Below, piece after piece: positions 45,608-57,520 of a DNA stretch of 64,000 nucleotides. The notes beneath the pieces are model-generated. The model was not told where the DNA came from and made no database searches. It saw only the letters and a program-made list of their open reading frames with translations. Source of the DNA: Vicugna vicugna. Lineage: Eukaryota. Numbering within the stretch: the first letter of the stretch is position 1; every line of letters begins with the position of its first letter. Both the position numbers and the translations under genes were made by a program. The stretch is taken from positions 1,603,062 to 1,667,061 of the forward strand of contig MU057809.1 of NCBI GenBank assembly GCA_013265495.1. Direction: 5' to 3'.

Positions 45608-48440
45608 AGTGATGAAAGAGCTTGGAAGTTGTCACATTCATCTTTACAAAAAATAAAGCTGGACAAACTGAAAATCAGTAATTTTCCTGGAATCATCAGA
45701 GAACAAAGGTCACTGGCCAAACAGCCATCCTGAAAGCCCGAGAGACAGGGACAAGTAGAGGGACACAGCAACTGAGGTTGCTTATAGGGAGAAGAGCCCG
45801 CAGGAGCTATGAACTGGGAGGAACACTTAGGTGGTGATTCTGATGACTTGCTGGGGGCTAAGTGAGGACTAGTGTGACAGTGAAAAACTGGGGACCACAG
45901 CTTAGGAGGCCACCACACTTTTCTAGGCTTTCCCCCAGGAACTCCCCCAGGTTTTCACAGTGAGGACCCCAGAAAGGCCCTCTGGTGTCTCTGGCAGAGG
46001 GAGGGGAAGAGGACCACTGTGAGACAGACCCAGAGCCATCATCAGGACAGGGGCTTCTTCTCCGGGGGAGAGGACTTGGCCAGATGCAGCTCAGAAACCT
46101 TATCCCACCCGGGGGAAGAGCTCCTCGCCTCTCTGGCCCCCTCTGGCCCTCCCGTCTCACCAAAGGCGAGGGGAGGGGGAGGCCAGACTCAACAGGATCA
46201 GGCTTCATGGAGACAGACTGGGAATGCCACAGCTGGGGAGGGAGTAGGGGGCAAAGCTTCGTCACTGGAGAACCACTCCTGGGTGTCACAGCCCTGGAAC
46301 ACAGCCCAGGAAGAGACTGGCCTCATCACAGAGGAGACCATCCCCCTCCCCTGGACTTGACACCACAGCACAGGACTCCAGCACCACCGGGGGGTGCAGT
46401 GTAAAGCACTGTAAAAAGCAGGCTCTCCTTAAGGAGGAGCACACAGGGAAGCCCAGAGTCAAGACGGGAGACACAGACAAGGCACTCGAGGAGCCGACGC
46501 TTTGAGCAGCTACAGCCACGGCAGTGAGCAGAGCCTGAAGCCTGGCCAGATTAACACGCATCCCCACACTCCCTGCCCTGTTTACCCCGGTGCCTGTCAC
46601 CCGGTGCAGCAGGTGCGTCTCTCAACAAAGAAGCACCAGGCGTGCCAGAAGGCAAGGAAAACACATTTCAGTGGCAAACCAATGACCAGAACCAGACTCA
46701 GATATGACACAGGTGCTGGAACGATCAGAAAGGGAATTTAAAATAACTCTGATGAATATGTTGAGGGCTGTCATGGGAAAACTGGACGCCCTGCCGATGG
46801 GTATCGTACGCAGAGAGAAGGAAGTGCTAAATGAGAATCAAAAACATGGCATCAGAAGTAAAGCGCTTTTGACAAGCTCAGTAAACTGGATGTGGCCAAG
46901 GAAAACAATCAGTGAGTCTGAGGATAGGTGAATAGAACTTTCAAACTGAAATGTAATGAAAAGAAAACAGAACAGAATAACCAAGAATTACTGGGAGGAA
47001 TCAAAAGTGTAGTATATGCAATGAAATACTACTCAGCAATAAAAAAGAATAAAATAATGCCATCTGCAGCAACATGGATGGAACTGAGGTTGTCATTCTA
47101 ACTGAAGAAAGCCAGAAAAAGAAAGAAAAATACCATATGATATCACTTACATGTGGAATCTGAAAAAGAAAAAAGAAAAAAAGAGGACACTAATGAACTC
47201 ACCTACAAAACAGAAATAGACTGTGGACATAGTAAACAATCTTACGGTTATGGAGGAAAGAGAGTGGGAAGAGATAAATTTGGGAGTTTGAGATTTGCAG
47301 ATGTTAAACACTATATATAAAAATAAATGAAGAACGAATTTCTTCTGTATAGCACAGAACTACATTCAATATCTTCTAGTAACCTTTAATGAAAAGGAAT
47401 ATGAAAACAAATATATACATATTTGCATATGTATACACACACACACGCGCGTATGACTGGGACAGTGTGCTGCACACCAGAAATTGATGCACTGTAACCG
47501 ACTAGACTTCAATTAAAAAAAAGTGGAGTAAATGCGTAACTGGATGAGCAGAGGGAGAAGAAAAAGAGAAGAGAGCCAAAGACACCATTGAACTAATTAT
47601 GGCCATGAACTGTCCCAGGTTAATGACACCAACCACACAGACCCAGGAAGCTGAGAGACTACTAAGCAAGGTTAGCGACAGGAAAAACACACTTCAGGCA
47701 CATTAGAGCCAAACCGCAGAGATCCACAGACAAGCGAAATCCCGAAAAAGTCAGAGTGGGGAGAAACACCTCTCCTACGCAGGACCAGGGATAAGACCGA
47801 CAGTGAACTTCTTATCAGAAACCACGCAAGTGAGGAGGGAGGGGAGTGACACACTGCAAGTATTAAGAAAGGAGAAGCATCAACTCAGAAGTCCACATCC
47901 AGCGAGACTGTCCTCAAACGTGACGGAGCAATGAAGGCTTTTGCCGACAAAAACAAGGGAGATTTATGGCCAAAAGACCAGCTCTGCAAAACATGTTAAC
48001 ACAGGATCTTCAGGCGGAAGAAAAGCAATACAAAGAAAGGAGGGGCCCTGGAGAAGGACTAAATAAAAGAAAATAAGACCTTTCGTTTTTCTGATTCTTA
48101 GTTGATCCACAAGCTAACTGCTTTGAAACTAATTACAGTGACAGCGTACCACATCAGCAGAGCAGGTGGCTGAGTGAGATGTGGACAGTGATCAGAGGGG
48201 GTCGGGAGGGAGGGATTGGGAACATTCGGTCATGCGCTGCCTGCACTGCACGTGAAACCACAGAGCGTCATTTCAAAAGGGACTCAGATCAGGTTAAAAA
48301 TGTATTTTCTAAACTGGAGGGCAGCCACTAAAAACACCCCAAAACAAGCATAACTGAAACGCTGGGAGACGGCATAAATGGAGACCACGAAAGGATCCTT
48401 CAAAACCCGAGGAGGCGGGAGACAAAGGGGGAAAGAGACA
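45608..48440 (+). mobile_element. Old L1 5' UTR plus ORF1 (L1MC/MD-type 5' end), interrupted by a camelid L1
   Basis: AAAGCTGGACAAACTGAAAATCA, AGAACCAGACTCAGATATGACACAG, GGGAATTTAAAATAACT, CAGACCCAGGAAGCTGAGAGAC, GAACTTCTTATCAGAAACCA. Confidence 0.8.
47020..47518 (+). mobile_element. Camelid L1 3' end
   Basis: ATACTACTCAGCAATAAAAAAGAATAAAATAATGCCATCTGCAGCAACATGGATGG; TSD AAAAGTGTAGTATATGC (47003-47019) / AAAAGTGGAGTAAATGC (47519-47535). Confidence 0.92.
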
Positions 48441-48447
48441 GCCTGCA

Positions 48448-48471
48448 TTTTTTTTTTTTTTTTTTTTTTTT
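48448..48471 (+). repeat. Poly(T) run (24 nt)
   Basis: Direct observation. Confidence 0.95.
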
Positions 48472-49347
48472 AGCTTAGATTTAGAGGCAGGGAGTTAGCG
48501 GAAATTTGACGTATGAGAAACTCAGCATGGCAGGTCAGAGGGGAAAGGACGGGGCTGGGATAGCTCTTTGGAAATTAATTTAATTTAATTTACCACATTT
48601 AACTGGATTTCAAACAACTCACAAGAATAAATTCCACTGACTGAAATATGAAGTCTGTTGGTTAGTATTCTAATATATGCATATATTCTTTTGTTTGATT
48701 TTTTAAAAAGGAATTTAACTTATAATTTCAAAATGTTGAAAGAATGAGAGTAGAGAAGGATAAAACTTGAGTGTTTAACGGTGCAAGAGCTGGAAGGAAA
48801 AAAGGCCATCTGAAAAGCAGGTGATTAACATGTCAGAGGGGTATGAGGGGTGGGCTGCAGACGTTTGTTATTGTGAGCCACGTGGCGGTGTTCGACATTT
48901 TAAAGCAACACATATATTACTTAGATAAGGATAAAAATTAAACTACAAAAAAGAAGTGAAATCAACAACAAACCAAAAATCAAGGTCTCTCCGGACCTGG
49001 CCATGAGATGGCTTTCTCCATGCTGGTCCAGGGCACAGACCAGCAGGCGGCGGCCCTGAGAGCCCACAGCCTCCCGGGCAGCGAATCTCGTTCCCCAGCT
49101 TGGCAGGTCTCAGGCCCTGCCACAGCCCCACGAGGGGCCAGCCTTCAGGAGAGGAAATGGTGCACAGAATAGACGGTGCTCCTGTAATGACTTCAAAATT
49201 TCTTCCCAACTTAGTCTTTCTCTTCTCTTTCATTTCCCTCCCCCAAACTCGATAATCCATCACTTCCCTCGCCTTGCTGCAGGCTGTGCCATTAATAACA
49301 ATAGAAGCAGCACTTTTTGCTTGTCACCTTCCTCAGAGGAACTCAGA

Positions 49348-49505
49348 CAGTCTCTAAACCCTCCATGTGCGTGCCAAGCACCTGGGAATTTTGTTAGAGT
49401 GCAGATTCTAATTCAGTCGGTCTGGGGTGGGGCCTGGGAGTCTGCACTCCTAACCAGCTCTCAGGTGAGGCTGATGCTGCCGTCCACGGACCACACTCTG
49501 GGACC
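49348..49505. mobile_element. MER5A hAT-Charlie relic
   Basis: TGCAGATTCTAATTCAGTCGGTCTGGGGTGGGGCCTGGGAGTCTGCA...GCTGATGCTGC...GGACCACACT. Confidence 0.85.
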
Positions 49506-49518
49506 TGAGGCCACTTAC

Positions 49519-50768
49519 AGGGTGATGGAAACTGTCTGTATCTTGACTGTGGCAGGGGTTACATGGGCATAAATCTTTTATCAAAATTCTCTGGACTGTA
49601 TACTTAAAATGGGTGCCTTTTACTGTACATAAATTACCCTTTAATAAAGTTGACTTTAAAGGAAAAATCCATTTTAGATGCATTATAGATCTAAATGTGA
49701 AAGATGAAACAGTAAAGCTTTTAGGAGAAACACACACCTTGGGGTAGGCATATCTTTCTTGAACAGGACCCAAAAAAGAGTGAACCATGAGGAAAAAACT
49801 CACAGGAATTGGACTACATTAAAATTAAACACATCTGCTCAGCAGCAAACTCTAATAAGGGGGTGAGATGGCAAGCTACAAACTGAGGGAGTGTGTCTGT
49901 AACACGTACATCTGACAAAGGGCTCCTACCTATCATATATAAAGAACTACTCCGATTCAATAAGAAAAAGACACGCCAATAGAAAAATAGGCAAACACTC
50001 GAACAGACACTTCACCAAGGAGGGCAGCCAAAAAGGTCGATAAACACACGAAAAGGCACTTGACTTAGTCACACGTAAAACACAAATTAAAACTGCAAAA
50101 TCATTTGTTTTGACGGCACACCCAGCAGAGTAGCTAAAATGAAGAGGAAGACACTGCTGTGTGAAAGAAAAGACATGGAGCAACTGAAACTCTCCCCTGC
50201 TGCTGACGGGGGTGTGGTCTGCAACAGCGTTCCTGGGAAGCTGTTCAGCGGGATTTATTAGCGCCAGATACAAACCTCCTCTACGGTCCAGCAAATCCAG
50301 CCTCGGGTGGATACCTGGACACGTGTCTTTAAAGCTAAGTACAGGATGCTCATTGCGCCTTATTCACAATGGCCCCAAACTGGAACCAACCCAGTCTTCC
50401 ATCAGTGGTAGTCTAGATAAAATGAGGAATATTCAAAAAACAGGCTCTTACTGGTAATAAAACTATGAAAGAATTACTGCTGCTTGCAACCACATGGATG
50501 GAGCCAAGGTTGTCAGATGAAACACAGGGCGCCCAGTTAGATCTGTATCTTGAATAAACAATCAGTAATGTTTCAGAACATGAATGTACCATGTACCCAG
50601 TTAATATTAATTAAAATATTATTTTTCAGCCAGTCGTGTTCTGTTTCTTCATCTGGGTGCTGGGGACGCAATGTGTTCACTTTGTGAAAATTCGTCCTGC
50701 TGCACACTTAGGACGTGAGCACGTCTCCTGCATGAATGCTATGCTTCAATACAAAGTTTACTTAAAAT
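49519..50768 (+). mobile_element. Old L1 (L1MB/ME) 3' fragments, with a MER53-like piece at about 50506-50628
   Basis: GGGTGATGGAAACTGTCTGTATCTTGA, TAGATCTAAATGTGAAAG, GAACAGACACTTCACCAA; MER53-like GGTTGTCAGATGAAACACAGGGCGCCCAGTTA. Confidence 0.8.
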
Positions 50769-50864
50769 CACAACACAGCGAGTCCTGGCCCGCGTCCCGT
50801 CAGAGGAAGGCCCTCCCCGCCGCTGGCCCCGAGTCTCCCATCTGTTTTCCGCACCGCTGTTGGT

Positions 50865-51378
50865 GATCTTTCAAACCTGCACATCCATCCTGGCAACTGG
50901 CCACAGCTCAGACGCCCCGGCAGCTGGCCCGCGCCCACAGGACAGCATCTGGGGGGCACTCGGCGGCCCCCCTCCCCTGTCCCCACATCTTCACAGCTTT
51001 TTTCTAACACTGACACTCATCACACCTCCGTGGCTTGGCACGTGCTGTTTTCTCTGCTGAGAGGCCACCCCCCCACCTCAATTCTCTGCCTGGCAAAAGC
51101 CTCGTGATTTTCCAAGTCTCACTTCAGCTTCAGTCATCTCTGGAGGTCTCTCTGCCCCCTCGTGCCACCCCAGGTGCCCCTCCATCTCACATCTGTCTCC
51201 AGTGTGCGCCTCCTTTACTGAAACTGCATTACCCTGCAACTGACTGTCTCCTCACCCGACTACAGGCTGCTCGGGATGGGGACCCCACCTCTGCATCATT
51301 TTACCCCTGGCATCTAGCAGAGTGCCTGCAAATGGCAGACACTGGGTACTTGTTAAGCGATGGATGGATAAGTGGATA
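50865..51378 (+). mobile_element. L2 3' region
   Basis: CTTGGCACGTGCTGTTTTCTCTGC, CTCTGCCTGGCAAA, CATCTAGCAGAGTGCCTG, GATGGATGGAT tail. Confidence 0.65.
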
Positions 51379-53644
51379 AAGGCATTAATGGCTATTAACC
51401 CACAGAGATAAGGCAAGGAACAGAAGCAAGTGTTTTGCAAATGGTCATGCTAGATTTGAGGTTTGGCGGGGGCCCCCCAGAACTTCCTCCGGGGCACCCT
51501 GCTAACGAGCACGACATCCCTGTATCACTTGTCCCTCAACCGTGCCTCCCCAACTGCTGTGCCTGCTGCACGCGCTGGGCACGCAGTAGATAGTATCTCT
51601 CTAACTTCTTGTGGGACGCATGCTGTCCTTACCCCCATTTCACCAATGAGGAGGTGTTCAGGGACATGTCCAAGGTCGCCTGCTGGTAGAGACAGAGCCC
51701 ACGTTCACTGTGCCCATTATTCTGTGAATAACACCAAGCGCTGAATCACTAAAATGCCCCACGGAGCAGAAAAGGCAAGGGAGGAGGCGCCAGTGCCCAC
51801 TAGCGCGGTGACTCAGGCAGCCTTTCTGGTCCCTCTCAAATCAGCCTCCGTGGGTGGCCACCCCCTCCCCCATGGAATGGCCCATGGGGCAGGGACGGCA
51901 CCCCAAGCCCCAGACACAGCCTTCAGCTCTGTCCGGAGGCTCTCAACGCCTGCCTGAGATTTTCAGGTTTTAAGCAAAACAAAAATCTGATTCACTGTTT
52001 CCAGTCTTACAGGAAACTCAAGTCCTTTATTTTTCTGCCCCTTAAAAAAAAAAAAAAAGAAAAAAATCAAACCTCTATGTCTTAGAAGAGTTTTGAACGC
52101 GTCTCATTTCACACTGCAACGAACGCTGTTCATGACAAAGGCTGCAGAAGGAAGCCCAAAGTGAAAGACAGAAGGAAACGGAACGCATCACGATAAAACA
52201 CACTCGCCAACAGATAAGAGCCAGAGCGATGAATCCGACTCAGAACGTACCAATGGCAAGAAGAAATGCCCCAAAGCTTTGCTTAAACCAAATAGTGTAA
52301 GAACAGATGGCTCCCCTGGGCGCCTGGGAGAAGTTAATGCGCGCAGGAAGCTGCACAGAGACTCTGCTTGGGATTCTGGCAGAGAACACAGGGCGCTGAC
52401 AACATTCAAGGTGAAAGAAGGGAGACCTGTAGATTTAGGGAAGGATGCTTTTCTTCATCACGTAACAAAAATAGATCTATCTGGGCATCTCCATTGGACC
52501 CTCACAGGCCGCAGGGCGCATGCCCTCTCCGGAAATTAACCAGAGATGCGCTAGGCAGCGCTCCAGGAAGACCCACTGCTCCCAACTGCCCAACAGGAGA
52601 ATTAATTTAACTCCAGAGATCTGAGTGATAAGGATGAGCCCTTGAGGGAGGCAAACGTTTACTTTGGGAAGATCTTCTTCCCCTGCCCGTTGTAGAGAAG
52701 CACACGAAGCGGTGGGGTGCTGGTGGGAGGGGAAGGTGCGGGTGCCTTGGAGAAGGCTTCCCGGCCTTGCCCCGCCCAGGGGGCTGCGAAAGACACCGAG
52801 ATCTTCCAAGCACAGAAAGATCACACCCCACACCCAACATCCTTTCTCATCATCGCCAGAGAAATACAAATGGCAAGTCTTGCCCCAGGTGGGGACCAAC
52901 ACGAAAGCAAAGGCCGTTGCCCCGCCCAAGAAGCTGGTTCCGAGGAAGGCATGACTAACCCAAGTACACGACCAGGGAGGGCAATTAATAACAATGAAAC
53001 CTCGCATTTCTGTACCGTTCCGTTGTTTTCAAAGCAATTTTTTTCACCCACTGGCTCATATATTGCTCCTCAAAGCAATTCTGTGTGGCAGGGAGGCAGG
53101 GGTTATTTCTCTCCATCTTGCCTGGGAAGAAACAAAATCTTGGGACAGTGAAGGGATTTGCTCAAGGTGGCGGCGCGATCACGGGCTTTTAAAGCTGGAG
53201 GGGTGCTGGTCATGACGCACACGGCAGGGCAGGGATGACTAAGGGGGGGCACCCGGGCTTCAGCTGTCAGTTTCACTCCCACAGCAGACATGGCCAGTCG
53301 ATCACAGAGCTCTCTTCCGCAGAGCTCAGGGCCTTCTCAAGCAAGCTGCCACTGGTTGCCAGGAGCTGGTCCTCAAGATGAAACCCATTCCCCAGCCTGG
53401 GCCACAACCACTGTCTCATTTCACCTAGGAGGAAACTGAGGCCAGAGCAGAGGAGCATTTGGCCAAGACAGCCCAATGGGTTAGTGGCGCAGAACCCAGA
53501 TTCCACCCGCTTCTGAGCCCTGGGATCTCCCCAGCACACCACGCTGTGCCCCTCAAAAGATGCACCAGCGAGGCATGGGTGTGGCATTCTTTGCGACCCA
53601 GCTGGAGCAAATGGGTTTTCTGTGCTGAGCAAGTGGGGTCAAAG

Positions 53645-54900
53645 ACTATTCCAAAGTTCGAAGGCTGAGCACCTGGAAGGATGGAAGAGAGGACTTAGGC
53701 ATGGAGAAATCAGAAGTTTGGTTTTGGATTAGTTCTGCGTCCAGGTGGACAAGTTAGAACAGTTGGCTATTGAAGTCCAGAATTCAAGGGAGGAGGCCGG
53801 GGAGGAGACATAACCTTGGGAGCCACGAGCCCAGAGGTGGTTTCTAAGCCTTGAGGCTGGATGAGACCAGCCAGGAAGGAGCGGAGGGAGAGGAATCTGG
53901 AGGCACTTGGACCTCAACGGTCAGGAGACACAGGGATCAGAAAAGAGGGCCCAGGAAGGTGTGGCCAGGGAGGGGGGACCAAGGCCACGTCCGATGGGGG
54001 AGAGAGGCAGCAACTGTGTCAAATGCATCTGAGAGGTCACAGCTCTCGAGGACTAAACACAGACCACTGGACTCGGGGACGTGGAGTGGGCCATCCATGG
54101 CCTTGTTAAGAGCTACTTAAATTGAGTGCTGGGGGCAAAAGCCTGACTGAAGCGGGTACAAGACAGAAGGGGAAGGCAGGAAATGGGGACAGACGGTGCA
54201 GACAGCACTTCCAAAGGGGTTGGCTGTAAGGGTGTGACTGGCTGAGGTGCACCCACCAGACTCATAGGTAGAAGCCCTGACCCCACAACCTGCAGGTGGA
54301 GATAAAGCCTTCCAAGAGTGATGGCGTTAAAGCGAGGCCGTTGGACTGAGCACTCGTCCAACAGGGCTGGTGTCCTTGGAAGAAGAGGAGATGGGACAGA
54401 CAGAGAGACACCGGGGCGCACACACACAGAGGGACAGCCACGTGAGGCCACGGCGGGAAGGTGGCCGTCCGCACGCCAAGGAGAGAGGCCCCGCCTACAC
54501 CTTGCTCTCAGACCTCCAGCCTCCTAAACAGCCAGGGGGTAAACTGCTGATGCCCCCAGGTCTGTGGTGTGTTGTTATGGCAGCCCCCGTGGACTAACGC
54601 AAAAGGGGTGCGAAGCGGAGCGAGGCAGCAAGAGCCACGAGGGACATGACATCCAGGCAGGCCTGGTTTTCCTCCAAGGTTGGGTGGAGCTGCCGTGTGT
54701 CTGTACTCTGATGGGAATGATCCTTGTTGTGATGGAAAAAGTTGATGAGCAGGAGAGAAGGGAGACGGCGCCAGAGAAGCATCTCTGGGTGGACGACGCC
54801 CCAGAGAGGCTGGAGGCAGCAGGAGGAAGGATGGTCGTCAGTTAGGACAGGAGGGGCCTCTTGGGCCCAGTTAGTCGGACAGAGATGGCTGGGTTTAAAA
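53645..54900 (-). mobile_element. L2 fragment split by MLT1B
   Basis: CAGAAGTTTGGTTTTGGA, GAGGCTGGATGAGACCAGCCAGG, CAACTGTGTCAAATGC, GCAGACAGCACTTCCAAAG. Confidence 0.65.
54233..54601 (+). mobile_element. MaLR LTR (MLT1B-like)
   Basis: CTGGTGTCCTTGGAAGAAGAGGAGA, ACACCTTGCTCTCAGACCTCCAGCCTCC, TTGTTATGGCAGCCCC...ACTAACGCA. Confidence 0.85.
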
Positions 54901-55361
54901 AGTGTATTTTAAAGTGAGTTAGGAAAGATACACCATTATATACAATTTCTGTACAAAATTAAGGGGGAAGAGATTGACCCAGCCCTTGGGAATAGCCCTC
55001 AGCTGTGGTCGGCTGGTCCCCCCTGCTTGGAGCAGTTAGAGAAAACCGCCCTTTCCTTCGCAAGTTGCCTTGCTTCACGGCCTGAAACTTCCTGACCTCC
55101 CCAAACCCAGAGCCTCCTCTAAGAGCACAGAAGACGCGGCTGTTGAGGACGGAGAACTCCCACGAGGAATGCGAATCTCCGCACGCCTACCCCTGCCCAC
55201 CTGCCAGTGGGGCTGGCTGTGGAGGTTAACCAGCTGGGTTTGAAAAGCATCTGCGAACTGAAGGCGGGAGCCGCAGAGAGAAACAGACGGTGTCACTGTG
55301 ATTCAACTGAGCCTCTCCCCAAACCAACTATGCTCCAATCCCCTTTGAAAAAGGCCGTTTC

Positions 55362-55470
55362 AAATGAATGCACGTGTGTACGTGTAGGCCTGGAACATGA
55401 TACCGGACACCAGAAATTGACACGACATTGCAAACTGACTATATTTCGATAAAAAAGAGTGCAACTTTTT
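55362..55470 (+). mobile_element. Very short camelid L1 3' end
   Basis: CACCAGAAATTGACACGACATTGCAAACTGACTATATTTCGAT; flanks AAAAGGCCGTTTC / AAAAGGTCATTTC resemble a TSD. Confidence 0.8.
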
Positions 55471-55659
55471 TTAAAAGGTCATTTCTTCCTTGAAAACTTC
55501 AGTGAATCACTGAACCCTGACTCAGAGGCAGGGAACGAAGCACCGACGTCGATAAAATGCAGTTTTACTTCAAATCAACATTCACCCACTGAAATAACCA
55601 CTCACTAAACCTCCACTGATGCTGGCGCAGGGTTTCTGCTTGCCCTCAGCTAAAGAAAA

Positions 55660-56080
55660 AAAAAGTGGGTCACCACCACCAAGACTTCTAGAAGAACGTT
55701 CACAGCAGCTCCTCACAACAGCCCCAAGCTGCACACGCGCACACGTTCGTCAGCGGCAGAACGGATCGATACGTTGTGCTGAATTCTCACCACGCGACAC
55801 TACGCAGCAGTGAAAAAAGCCCCAGTGACTGCGACACACCGAGGAATCTGAAGTTGGAGACACAAGAGCACACGCGGGGCGATGCCGTTCGTGGGACGCT
55901 CAAGGACAGGCAGAGGGGGCGGGGCTTGGCACTGGGGAGGGCACGAGGCCCCGCCCCCAGGCCCGGAAAGGACCGTGTCCTGCGCTGGGTGGCTGGCTAC
56001 GTGGGTGTGGGTGAAACTCAGTCAACAGCGCACTTCACGTGTGGGCCGTCTCCTCTGTGTGCGCGACCCTCATTTAAAAC
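55660..56080 (+). mobile_element. L1ME-like 3' region (CpG-rich)
   Basis: AGAACGTTCACAGCAGCTC...AACAGCCCCAAGCTG, ACTACGCAGCAGTGAAAA, GTGAAACTCAGTCAACAG. Confidence 0.65.
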
Positions 56081-56399
56081 AAACCTTGCTTTTTAAACCC
56101 ACCAGTTTTGCCCTTCAGCAGGAGCGGGGAGGCCCGCTGACTGCGCTTACACAGCTGGGCTCAGAGGTCACCGCAGGCGGAGCCCTCCTTCTGCAGCTCG
56201 GCAGGCGGGGCGCGCGGGCGGCTGCGGGCCGGGGCCGCCGTGCTAGTCTCTGCGGCCCCTGGCTTTTCCTTCTTGTGTTCTTAATTAGACCGGTAACAGT
56301 CGCTCAGGGTGGAAAAACAAGCGAAGGAAAAGGACATAAAAGAAATACTAGAAATTCTTCCCCCTTCGTGCACCAAGATCCCGTCCCCCAGGGGTCCTG

Positions 56400-56900
56400 T
56401 GAGCGCAGTTTCTTGCACGGACTAGTGTTTTCTTCCAGACACTTCCTGTACGTCCCTGTTTCGTTAATGGCCTCACAGAATTCCACTGCGTGGATAGACC
56501 TGGCTTTTGAGGAGCATGTGTATGGTTTCAGGCTTCTTCCCGTAAAAACAATACTACAGTTAACATCGGCACGCCAGAAAAAAAAGAAAAAAAAAAGATG
56601 GCCAAGTCTGCCCGTGAAATAATTTCTTAGAAGCAGAATTCCTGGACCAGAGGGTTTATTCATTTATCATGTTGCTAAATATTGTCAAATCCACAGCACG
56701 TCAGACTGCCGGCTTCCCCCGTCCCCTGCAATATTAGATTTTATCAAACTTTCTGCTCTTTGCCAGTCTGACAGGGAAGTAAACGGCACCCCTCTGCTGG
56801 ACCACCTCACATGCGCTCAGTATGGATGGAGCCTGGTGGTCGGTCTGTTCGAATTCCGCTTGCTCACACCCTTTAAGGAGTTTTCTCTCGGATTTCTCCC
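56400..56900 (-). mobile_element. L1ME-like fragment
   Basis: TTTCTTAGAAGCAGAATTCCTGGACCAGAGGGT and TTTGCCAGTCTGACAGGG. Confidence 0.6.
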
Positions 56901-56906
56901 CACATC

Positions 56907-57084
56907 TGGAGTCGGCAAACTGTGGTGGTGGCCCCAGCCCTGCACTGCCAGGTCTGCGCCCACTGGCCAAGTCCAGCCATGCTGCAAGGACAGAGCTGAA
57001 CCGTCTCCACAGTGACTGTCTCGCTTTCAAAGCCTAAAATATTTACCGTCTGGACCTTTATGGAACAAGTTTGCGGATTCCTGC
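56907..57084. mobile_element. MER58A-like hAT-Charlie relic
   Basis: GTCGGCAAACT start; CAAAGCCTAAAATATTTACCGTCTGGACCTTTA...AAGTTTGCGGATTCCTG end. Confidence 0.8.
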
Positions 57085-57187
57085 ATCTCACTGATTTCTT
57101 TTGAGGCAGCGCTGTCCTGCAGATTCATCGCTCCGTCCTCTCTCCTGTCCCTAACGGCCAAAACTACACGAGTGCGGAGCACACCTG

Positions 57188-57332
57188 TTTTGGGGGCGGG
57201 GCAATTAGGCTTATTCATTTATATATTTTATTTGCTTATTTATTTTTTAATGGAGGGACCAGGGGCTGAGCCCAGGACGTCACACACGCTAGGCACGCGC
57301 TCTGTCACCGAGCTGCAGCACCCCTCCTCCCC
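57188..57332 (-). mobile_element. Camelid tRNA-Ala-derived SINE (vic-1 type), more diverged copy
   Basis: Antisense of the 8339 element: GCAATTAGGCTTATT...ATGGAGGGACCAGGGGCTGAGCCCAGGAC...GCTAGGCACGCGCTCT; TSD core AGCACACC (57178-57185 / 57337-57344). Confidence 0.85.
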
Positions 57333-57404
57333 AAGAAGCACACCGCTGAAAGCAGAGTGCTCTCCTCTGGAAACACCTGTCTGTGCTAATTTAGGGGTGG
57401 TCTT

Positions 57405-57520
57405 TCATACCCATTTACCCACTTTACACACGTGGCAATTGAGGTTCAGAGCCACCGGTGACCTTCCTGAGGTCATACAGCTAGCACGCTGCAGAGCCAG
57501 GATGGACCCCTGGCTCCAAG
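57405..57520 (-). mobile_element. MIR SINE
   Basis: CCCACTTTACACACGTGGCAATTGAGGTTCAGAG and GAGGTCATACAGCTAG. Confidence 0.7.

Noticed and set aside
55882..56622. 246-aa plus-strand ORF
   Set aside because: It spans L1 relics in both orientations and a poly(A) run, with no coding signature
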